Assembly: GCA_016748015.1 (NCBI GenBank) | Contig: JAAOMT010000684.1 | Span: 124,001-188,000, forward strand | Direction: 5' to 3' | Source: Geosiphon pyriformis uo1 | Taxonomy: Eukaryota > Fungi > Glomeromycota | Length of the DNA: 64,000 nt | Shown: one piece after another, positions 53,129 to 64,000 of the stretch | How the letters are laid out: every line of letters begins with the position of its first letter | How positions within the stretch are numbered: position 1 is the stretch's first letter | The notes under the pieces: generated by a model | What the model was told of the DNA's origin: nothing | What the model saw: only the letters and a program-made list of their open reading frames with translations | The model's database searches: none | Position numbers and translations under genes: made by a program

Positions 53129-55896
53129 TTGTAAAGAAAATTTAAAAAGATTAATACTTTTTAGATATAGATAAATTTTAAATTAAACTTCCCTGCATTA
53201 ACGAGTGCTATGGTCTTTAAAATCTTTAGCTCTGTGTGACCAAATATTAAAAATATGAATCTTCAAAGCACATATTGATAATTCTCTTCTTAATCTAAAT
53301 ACCGAATCATTAGAATTAAAAATAGCTCGGGAATTCAAAATAATATCTTTATTTATTTTATTTCTAATAAAAGAACTCTAATCTTTACTACTTGTTTAGT
53401 TTAGAATGAACCAACTTTTTTTTTTGATATACAATAGCATGCAATGCATATCAATCTTGGATTGTTGAACCACAATAATTTTTTTGTGGGAATACAAATT
53501 TTTTTATTAAGTCTGTACCGCACGGAAGACAGCGTCGTGTACCGTAAACAGGTAAAAAACTAGAATAAACTTGATTCGTGTTGATCAACTTCTTCCAGAA
53601 GTTTCTTTTAAAAAAATGAGGGAATCTTGCATATTAATCATTTCGATAATCTCGGAAATTAAACATTTGAAAATCTATATATTTGCTTGAAATTTGCAAA
53701 GAACTTTGGAAATAATTTTATTCATGATTATATTTTTTTTTTTAAAGATTTTAAAAATGATAGAATAAATAATATTTTTTTTTTTGGGTTCACTTTCAAA
53801 GAATTAATAATCAAAGAAAGAATTAATTTTATTCATCTTTTCAATTTTGAAATTCTAAAGAAAATAAAAAATCGAAAACAATATATATATTATTAGTGTT
53901 ACTTCATGGATGGTTAAACATGAGAAAATACGTAAGACTTTATAAATTTTTTTTTCAAAGGTCATGTAAAAGAAACAATAAACTATTCCTTTAATAGATG
54001 ATGTTTATTATTAATTAACTCAAAAAAAGATAATTTTAAATCATCTTCAAGTAACTTAGTAGAATTTATAATTAAATGAAGTTTATCATTTTCACTTTAT
54101 AAAGTAAAAAATTGAAACGATTAAAAAAATTAATTATTTACTGTGATATAAAAGGTTTTTTTTATGCCGAATTTATTAATTTGATTCTCAAAAGAATATA
54201 TTAATACTTTGAGTTTCATAAAAATATTTGATTTCCCTACTTGTGCAATTATTAGTTGAAAATAAATGCTAAGGTATTTTAAGACTAAAAATGGCTGAAC
54301 AGCAGCATATTAAAAGGAGAACAAAGAAAATTCTTTTAAAAAAAAACTCAAGTCAGGTTGATTCATAGTAAAATAATGTTTATTGTCTCTTGATTGGAAG
54401 GAATTATAATTAGATTTTGTGTATAAAAATAGACTTTTTATAAGTCATTTTACTATTTTTATTAAATCTTTGTAGAACATTCTTTTTAATCTTATTCTAA
54501 AAACAGGTGCCCTAAAAGTTCCCATTCAAAAATTGAATAAAACCTGGATTAGAGTTTATTAAAAATGAAACTAGATTTTTTGTAAGCTAGTGAATACCCT
54601 TTCAGTAATTTTTCGTATTTTCTCATTATCCTGTAATTGGTTTAGCAAATTTCAATTATACACTTATAAAGTAGAAATTTTTCTTTCCAATATAGGTCAA
54701 GGCAAAATGGAATTTCAACAAGATATTATCAAAAGGATCGGGAATTCATGGTACATTCAACGTAAAACCTATCATTCCATTTTTAGAGAATAATAAGAAA
54801 TTTGGGTTTGGAGTTACTTCGTTTTTTGTGTCCGAAATTTTCGATTTTAATCAACTTCGCGCATATATCTGGAATATTGACTGATTGAAACTTTTTTTCT
54901 CGGTTCACAAAACTAAAATGATCTCATTCTTCCAAAATAGATACTATGTGAAAAATAAATAAATTATCACATACTATCTTTATCTTGGAGAAAAAAACAT
55001 TTTTTTTTTGACATGTCAGATATAGATCATTAATTTTTCCCAAGACAAAGGACTTTAATAAAAAAGGAAATATCAAAGAGGCGTAAAATCTAAAAATAAA
55101 CAGGCATCACAGAACAAAAATTTTGTACAAGGTAATTCAACGGGGAAATCAAGATCTAGATGAATTATATTGTGTGTTATCGAAATACTATAATTTTTAT
55201 CGAGTTTAATTTCAAGCTTTCAATTAAACTATCCCACAATCTACAGCGAAAGGAATTTTTGGTGGGTAAAACTTTTATGGTTTACACCTTTTTCTTAGAA
55301 AAATTTTAAGTTTCGTGTATCGGAAAGAATTTTTCCACAAAAAGTTAAAGCTTTCCGGACGGGACATATTTACTTGCTGAGTTTTTAAATGGAAAATTTT
55401 ATTGTTGAAAATTTAATTATGTGCCTTTATATTTTTAGCTTTTTTCTTTTAATGATTATTATAATAAAGCGGAATTAATCATGAGATTATCTACAAAATT
55501 GCTTTTTCATATAATTGGAGAAGAGTTTTTTTGTATTTCAATTGAAAATTTATAGCAAAATAAAAGATTCATATGAATAAATTCGAATAACAAATAAAAA
55601 AAAGTCAAATATTTTATTGCTTATGAAAGGGGAATGTAATTTATTTATTTTAATCAAACAAATCAATTTTTTGTAAAATGACTTTTCGTTTGATCATTTT
55701 TGTTAATATTATTATATTTTTTGACAGAAATTATTATTATTTTTTTTTGACAAATTAATTTTAAATGTAAAGATAAATTTTTATGATTACTTTATTTTAT
55801 TTTAGTATATTAAAAATGTAATTATCTTTCTAATTGGCTAATTGTTTTTTTTTTAAAATTTAAAAAATAATAATTTATAAAAATAAACATATTAAA

Positions 55897-55913
55897 ATAA
55901 ATAATAAATAATA

Positions 55914-55967
<54 letters not shown>

Positions 55968-55978
55968 TAATAAATAAT
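55897..55978. repeat. (AAT)n microsatellite
   Basis: Direct reading, with a few interruptions. Confidence 0.92.
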
Positions 55979-57492
55979 CATGATAATATATTTTAATATT
56001 TAAATTTTGAATTAATAACTTATTTATTATCGTTTTTTTTAATTACTTTATTATGGTATTAAAATATAATTTTTATCATATTTCAAAATTAATTGATATT
56101 TTTTTTTGATTATGTCACTTTTTTAAATATATTCAAAAGAATATAATTATTTTATCAGTGGTTGGTTTCATAGAATTTAATCACTGAATTTTTTCAAACT
56201 TGGTTTATATAGAAAATTATCACTAAATCTCAATTTATTCAGAATTCCCATTTTTTATCTAATATTTGCAATTATAATTTACTAAAATTTAACATTTAAA
56301 AGTTCAAAAATATCACATTATTTGAAGTATCCGAACCTTTAAGACACATGACTGACAAAATTTATTATTTTGATTAACCATGTACAGCCAAATAAAAACC
56401 AGAGATACAAAATAAGGGGAAATAATATTGGAATAGTAGATATACAGCTTACATTATTGTTTCAGAATATAAAATGTGATATTTTAATGACAATAAATTT
56501 CTCATAAAATTTGGAATGTCATGACATTTAGACCATAACCAATGAATTTTAAAGTGAAAACCTCCGGTCAAATAAGGAAGATTATTTATTAAAAATATTT
56601 ATATTTTACCTAATATATTAATATGATATAAATATATCTAGGGAAAAACTAGATGAAATTTTCTATCTCTTTTAAAATCATAATTTTTCCTTATATAATA
56701 ATAACTAAAATTTATTTTCAAAAAGAAATTTCAACTATTTAATTTTTGTGTAGCGAACGTATTTCAAATTGAAAAACGTGCTTAAAATTTTGTTTCATAA
56801 AAAAAGAGGCAACTTTGTAAAAAGTATTTGTCTTACATGGTTACTTGCAATTATTGCTTTTAATATCAGTTAATGAAGATGTTTTTGAATACTACATTTC
56901 TAATTTGGACTTTAGGATATTGTCTACGGAGTCAAGCCTTTGCAGTTTTGATTGTTGAGAATTCTGAAAAAAACATTAAATTTCAAGTCCATGTACTTTT
57001 TCTGTGATAAACTCTAATATTTATTAATTCAATTATATGAACTACATGGGGAACGATAACTTTTATCGTTTACCTAGTGAAAACGATAATCATCATTTAT
57101 CCCCAAACCAAAAAAAAATTGGGACAAATATTATGTTGAAAAGCTGCGAAATTGAACCTGTCTTAATATGACTCCATGAAGGAAAGAATCACCAAAGATC
57201 ACTCTATATTAGCTATTGTAGATTCTCCATTAGCTAAAGTTCAAATTAAATTGTATCAAAGAAAATCTTCTAATGTCAAATTAAGTGAAAATTAAGTGCA
57301 TAGTATTAAAAAAATCAATGGCTTTAGCTTCACATTGTTATTTCGAGTGTTTTGATAGGGCCCTACCTAGTGCAAAATATTCATTAGTTTCAGAAAACGA
57401 GAAAATTATTGATTGTGATAATTATTGATTATGATAAAATTTGAGCAAAAATTTAAAGAATAAAAGAAATACTCTTCTCATCATTATCATAA

Positions 57493-60445
57493 ATGAAAAG
57501 AATATCTCAAAGTTCCTTGTCAGCTCTTTTACCACTCCTTCATTTAAACACACATGTCATTGGATTTACGGAACTACAAGATGAACTTTTTGCACATCAA
57601 ACAGAATCTTACTTTGATGGAACTTTAATCACACAAATGTCAAGGCGTAGAAAAAATATTTGTCTAGAGCCAAAAATACAATTTCGAATTATTCTCAGTT
57701 AAAAGTTGGCGATTTTAATTATTGCAATGATACAATTCAATTCTGGATGCCAGAGAAAGACCACATATTATTGTCATATTTGAATGAAATAGAAAGTGGA
57801 GGCTCAAAACAATAATATTTAGAATCATTAAGAGTTTCGTTAGAGGGAAAAATTTACGAGTAGAAAAATTTCAAACTTATCAAGAATTTAACAATGCTTT
57901 TGATCGTTTCAAATTTTTAACTAAACCTTTGATTCTTATTCTCGAAAAGAAAAATTGTTTTTGGACAAACCTCAGATTTACTCTTCTTAAGTAAGAGGGG
58001 ATCTGTTATTATGGGTCCAAAAAACTCAACTTTTCACTTATGGACACAACCTAATGAATCTAAAAGTATTTTATGCATTATTTCTTCATAAGGTAGGTCA
58101 AAAAATAAGTATCTGTATTTGTGAGATTCTAAAACTCAATTTAAGAAAACATCTTTTCTTGTTTCAAAAACGTGATAACAGTCTACTTCAAATAAATAGT
58201 AGCAAGAATATAGATTTCGAAAATATCGTTTCTTATTCGAAATATCCATTGAGAGGAGGCGACTTTGGAATTGGTAATGACGACACAAATAATTGATAGA
58301 AGCGATTCTGGGAATAGTTTCACCGGGAAACTCAATGATGTCTTTTTACCAAAAAAAGCTCTTGATAGTAGCACAGATAATTCCTTACCACCAAGTTCGT
58401 CTCTAAAAACTAAACCTGACTTTTCACCATCTCCTGTTGTGACTAATTCTATTCTTAATTCCAACTCGAATCGAAATTCAAACACCATTTCTAATTTTAA
58501 TTCTAATTCCTACCAAACCATCCCAAACGTGCCCCTGACGATCAATTCTCAAATTCCCAATTCATCCCTTCTGAAAAACAACAGCGCCAACTCAACTTCA
58601 ACTTCAATTTCAACTTCAACTTCAATTAAAAGAACAGGAGGAGGGAACAAGAGAAAAAGGGACATTTCAAAAACAATGAACTACTCAGCCAAAGTGACTG
58701 GCGCTGTTTCTCGAGATGTGGCTAAAAGAAATTTTGAAAAGAGATTATTTTTACAACAATCAGATATTCAACTAAACGACAATAATACTATTTCTGTTGA
58801 GAAGTTAATTACTTATTATGGCCTTTCTTGCAAACAAGATAACGGTAAGCTCTTTGAAAGATTATAGGAAGTTTATTTTAAAATCTCACCTCTTATAAAT
58901 AAGGTTTGCCTGGAGGTACAAATGAAAAATTCTCCATCAACCTATCTTATGATACTATCAAATTGTTCGCGAATTTATATGATAGGATTCATATTGTGGC
59001 TAATGCTTCAAACGAAGTTTACCTATATCGAATAATTTCCGCTGATAATGACACCACTGATATCACGCTTTCCGAGATTCCTACAAATTGTATAACACCA
59101 AATTTGATGCCAATAATACACTTTGGTGTTTTCTGCCAGCTGCCAAGAATGTTTGGAAATTTATTTTAAAAGATATATCCTTAATAAATGGTAACTATTT
59201 TTTAATGGTTGCATACTCTTCTAATTATGTCCCTGGCTGATTTATCTTTTGGGCTTTTTATAACTATGATCATTATTTGGAGACGGCGTGAGATTAGCCT
59301 TCCAATAATTTTTCGTAAACATCATCGTCAACCTAAACTTGAGCAGGGAAACATAGATGGCTTGGACATAAATACAATCACTTTTCGTGAAAACGTGGAT
59401 CTTTAAAACCTTTTTTCATTGATTCAGATCAGCTGATTGATCCACTGACGTCCTCAAACATAAATAGTATGTCAGCTAAAGAAGTATGCTAATTTCAAAA
59501 ATGAATTTTAAATTTTCATTTATAAATCTATGTAACTGACATAATTCTTTTTTAAAGTACAAATTCTATTACCTATAAGAATACCATTCGACTATTCAGA
59601 ATCACGAAGGAGTCAAATTACGCTATTCATTGGTTTTGCAATATGCGAATAATGGGACTATTTGGCTCTTAAAGTTGAAAACCTGACTTGGAAAGAAAAA
59701 CTTGCTCTGGCTTCTGACGCTTCTTCTGGTTTGCAACATCTTCACGCTAATGGAATTCTGCACAGATACCTTGTAATATTCGTAATTTTATAATTCTTGA
59801 ATCGCCCGAAACTTCAGTCTTAAGACTTTAACGATTTTAAACTTATTTATTCACAGCATTCCATGAATATTTTGATTCATGATCGTGTTTCACTACTAAC
59901 AGATTTTTGGCTTGTCCAAAATGGTCGACGTCAGTAATGACACACTTCCCAGTCTCTACATGGGATGATACCTTTTATTGATCCTGACCGACTACAAAGT
60001 GCGAGTTATCCTCATGATTTTCGAAGTGATATATGTGGATTAGGGGTCATTTTTTGGGAAATTCGAGCGGTTATTGGCCGAGGCTGGAGAATACAGCTTA
60101 TTGGTGGATATAATAAACGGAAAGCGTGAAACACCAGTTCCTGGTACGCCAAAGGAGTATATTTTACTTTATCAAGAATGCTGGGACTATAATCCCGAGA
60201 ATCGTCCAAATATTGTAAAAGTGGTGGAGCGATTGGAAATTATGCAGGAAAAACAAGAAAAGAAAATCGGTAAATATGAGTTTGATTTCTATAGCCAAAA
60301 ATTGAGAAATAATCTAACAAACGTCTTGTTTGGAAACAATAATTCCCATCCAGTTCCGACAAATAGAAATATACAAACTGAGGACTCACGACAGATTTTT
60401 CTGTCAGTACCCACTATATTGCCACCAACCGGATCAATGGACTAG
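57493..60445 (+). pseudogene. Decayed putative single-pass receptor-like TKL kinase
   Basis: Kinase motifs from ~59600: LTWKEKL, GLQHLHANGILHRYL, HSMNILIH, TDF/GLSK (frameshift), FIDP, GKRETPVPGTP, CWDYNPENRP. They follow a hydrophobic segment ending WRRR (~59215-59290) and fragmented upstream ORFs. The kinase part is firm; linkage to the upstream ORFs is tentative. Confidence 0.6.
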
Positions 60446-60923
60446 AGGAACAAACTAATTTCATCGAAAATATTACGATTCAAAAGATTACTTGATGACT
60501 TGCTTTCTCCTTTGAGACCAGAGAATAGGAAATAAAAGAGGACATATTCATCTCATAGATTCAAGTTCATGCTCTTTTGAAAAATTTACCGTTCACCTGC
60601 CATAATTTGATCTTTTGTTTTATGCAAACTGTCAAATTCCTGCTTATTTCTTTAATTAGCTTTCATGGTCGAGGTTAATGTTTAATTCAGAAAATAGGTC
60701 TCTCAATACTAATCAGAGTCAAGGAGGCAGCGAGGTAAATAAAATATAAAATTTGAATAACATTAAAGATTGTAGACTTTAAAAAGTAAATTTTAGAGTT
60801 CAAGAACAATTAAATTATTAATTAAAATTACAAATATTAATAACAGGCCAAATTTGCAAATATACAATTTTAATACCCAACAATTGTCCGTATTTTGTTT
60901 GGTTTTTTTTCCTCCAAAATCGG

Positions 60924-62989
60924 CTAAAACATGTTATACTCAACTCGGGCGGTTTCACCCAAACTATCACTTGGTAATAAATGAAGAGAGGGTCGATGTT
61001 CGTTGGTTCCATAAATAATTTGTGGTAAAGCATCGTCGGTTGTATAATCCGAGAAGGCAATGCCGCAAGCTTGCTCGTTATAAATGCTTGAATCTAAATC
61101 TGATCCGGAATCAGTATTTTCTGTTGGGGATCGAGACCGGAAAGCTGTAAATTGCTTCCCTTCCTCAAAAGTTGATATTGGAGAAAAAGGAGCCGCTTTT
61201 TCTTCTCTATATTCAATTTTTCTTTCCATTGGTTTATTTATTGACTCAACCGGTACAACTCTGTTTTCAAACTTTGTGCTGACACGCTCTAAAGGTTCAA
61301 TATTCACAACATATTCTTTCAAGAATAATTCGAGAGCAGAAACACGTTGTTGCAGATGAAGGGTTAATTTTTCTCCGCTCAATGACTTCACTTCATTTTC
61401 ATTTTTTGAAGTCTGAAAAAAAGAGAGAATTGGAGAAATGTTGGCTAGATTTTGTTTGGTCTTGCGAGCCAGCCCGCAGCAATGACTTTGAATGAAACCA
61501 AATGGGCGAAGTGCATTTGAACCTTTTCATAAATAAATATTAATGGTTTAATAGTTGATAGGATATAATCAATTGTAAGAATTTAATTACCATACCAAAA
61601 AGAATTGTATAGATCCCTATAGCCAGAATCCATGCTCCACCTATCAATCCTAAAGACCCTAATATCTATATATTTATGAAGCCACAAAATAAATTACCAA
61701 ATACAGCCAGTAGTCTCACACTACTTGCTTAATAAAAAAAAATGGCTTACCGTGTGTGAACTAATATAGGCGAAATTAAAAAATTTTCAATCAGTACAAG
61801 AAATGAATTTGCATTTTTATTTAGCTTTAAAACTCACCGTTCCTCTGACTCGATATCTACTATAAAGTTCCTTGGCCATAGAGAAACAGCTGCATAATTA
61901 GCAGTCTTTGGGGAAGTTGGCATTGGACCAGTGACTATTATTGTGGAGAAAAAATGTTATGAATATCAAGTCAAATATTATCCATTTCTGCGCTTGTCTG
62001 AAAGATTACCAGAAAGTGTTCTCACAAAGGGAATTTTTTGTTTATCTATCAAAGGTAAACCAAGCATTCCGATCGATTTTGTGGTCAATTTTTCTTTAAT
62101 ACTTCGAGAAAATACTAAAACATTGGACTGAAAAATGACTGAGAATTAGATCGATTGAAAAATTCAGGACGAAGTCAATTGATCTAGTTACCTGCTGATA
62201 TTGAATTGGATAAGAGTTTAGACCAGCTAATCCTTTCAAGAAATTAGCATCATCAATCTCTGGATGTTCAACAAATGGATCGAATCCTTAAGAATAACGA
62301 AAATAAAATTAATTTTCTTTAGTTTTTTTAATGATTTTTTAAACTCGTCCCTTTGCATATTCACCTGGATCATACGCATTTACAGTTATAATATTAACAC
62401 CTTTGAAAGCATTTTGATCATTTGTGTCCACCATCACAGTGACTCCCAAGATTCCATTCTGATCCAGGGTTGAGCTTGATACCGTAAGATCTTTGCCTGA
62501 TTTAAAGAACCCAATATACGTTCCATCCTTGTCTTTAGTTGGTTTGCTAATATACTGATTGCATGCATTTACATCTGTACCAGCTATTAAACAAAATTGA
62601 AAAGATAAATTATTATGGTGACGACTGCCAAAAATTTTTAAAATGGAAAAATACCACTGACCATCTGATGAAAAATAGCAAGAAATGTTGAAGTTTTGCT
62701 TATATTTAAATCTGAGAGCTTTATAATATGTCGAAATCGATTAGAAAAATTCAGCAATTGAAAAAGGGGTCAATGGCTCTTTGAATTGCAACCGACCTGG
62801 TAAAGGAAGGGTATCAGAATTTTCATAAGAAATTTGCAGAATCGGCCCAGCGAAGATTATATCCAAGAAAAGAATAGTAATGTATCCCGAAAATATGGCT
62901 AACAATAAAAGTGTCACGCCACACCTAAGTGCTAATAGTTGAGTCGGCTCACTACGACGATATCCAGATAATGCTTCATTAAAAAACAT
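60924..62989 (-). CDS. Two-TM membrane protein, PAC(TMEM206)/DEG-ENaC-like architecture, paralogue B (multi-exon)
   Basis: TM1 VTLLLLAIFSGYITILFLDII then GPILQISYENSDTLPLP; loop; LWPRNFIVDIESEERSHT; TM2 ILGSLGLIGGAWILAIGIYTILFG; PFG...CC; LQQRVSALELFLKEYV. Confidence 0.78.
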
Positions 62990-64000
62990 TTTTGGGGCAC
63001 TTATTGGCTCAGACGGTTTGACTTTTTTGATGTAGAGTTATCGAATTGTTGATGGAAAAAACTGTTTTTTTTTTATTTTTGAATGCAAGCTCTTAACTTT
63101 AGAAAGAGTTACCCTGTATTTAAAAACAAATTGGTCCCGATAGATAAAGCACATTGGAAAAGTTTCACATATTTCGGAGAAATTCATATAATGTTTTGGC
63201 TCAAAAACTTTGTAGATCTCGTCAAAAAATTCTATTCCGTTATCTCGGATATTATATCTACTATCTTTTATCAAATAATTAGAATATGCATAAAAAATTT
63301 ATTAATGTGTCAGAAATTAAGTTGAACTATTCTTCCCTAAAATCAATGTATGTTCCTAAGAATAAAATTTATTTTCATATAAAAGAACTGAGTTTTGTCA
63401 AAAAATCAATATATATGTGCAAAGGCAAAGCCAAATTCATCACTCTGAGCTTAAAGCATCTTGGTCAATAATAAATGTCTTGATTTTAAAGCATTCTCAC
63501 AACAATCCAATCAGGGCCGAGGTATCAGCCAACAAAAATGAAAAGGCTCTAAACATGAAAGAAGTTCACCCAAAATTGTCTCAAGACTTTAAGGCTGGGT
63601 GTTTTTTCGAAACTGATGAAAAAATATTGAAAAACTTAACATGATAGAAGGCCAATTTAAATAACAAAACAGTTACTTTACAAACATTTGGTATCGTGAT
63701 CGTAGAAAATTATTGATAATTACGATCCATTGCATTCGTTTTTTCACATTGCAAATGCTCAATTCAATCAAGAGATGAATAAGTCACTTATCAATGAAGG
63801 GGAATTAACTAAAAAAGCCATTGGATCGCTTTTCAAAAGAGATTTCCATTAGGCAAGAGCCTAAACTTTGTTCATGTTGGAAATGAGTGAAACAGAAACT
63901 TTGATTGTTTAAGGTTTTGGAGGAATTAATGGAAACTTTTAATATCCCTCACTAATTTGAAAATGCAGTTAAGCAATTGTTCCTCAATACCTTTTATTTT

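Noticed and set aside
63038-63644. Several short ORFs near the window end
   Set aside because: Mutually overlapping with no motifs; probably the promoter region of channel-like paralogue B.

Overview
AT-rich, intron-containing eukaryotic DNA. The gene content (MATA-type HMG-box genes, decayed TKL-like kinases, CE4 chitin deacetylase, catalytically altered class-3 lipase) points to an early-diverging fungus, most likely Glomeromycotina (inference). In order: a ~3.4 kb extremely C/G-depleted block; a Tc1/mariner relic; three tandem HMG-box paralogues sharing a separate C-terminal module with two [R/K]hxxhE coiled-coil motifs; a Jen1-like MFS transporter, a long-chain acyl-CoA synthetase ending in AKL and a dienelactone hydrolase; a frameshifted glutaredoxin, a second Tc1 relic and two kinase pseudogenes; a cupredoxin lacking one His ligand; a GMC oxidoreductase/hydrolase fusion; an Asn/Gly-repeat pseudogene; a Ser-to-Gly pseudolipase; a chitin deacetylase; and a 5'-truncated LINE end. 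Two paralogous two-TM genes with PAC(TMEM206)/DEG-ENaC-like architecture bracket a fourth HMG gene and a decayed receptor-like kinase. The best candidates for novelty are the putative trimeric two-TM channel family and the HMG triplet with its possible trimerisation tail. Exon structures were read by eye, and no database searches were run.
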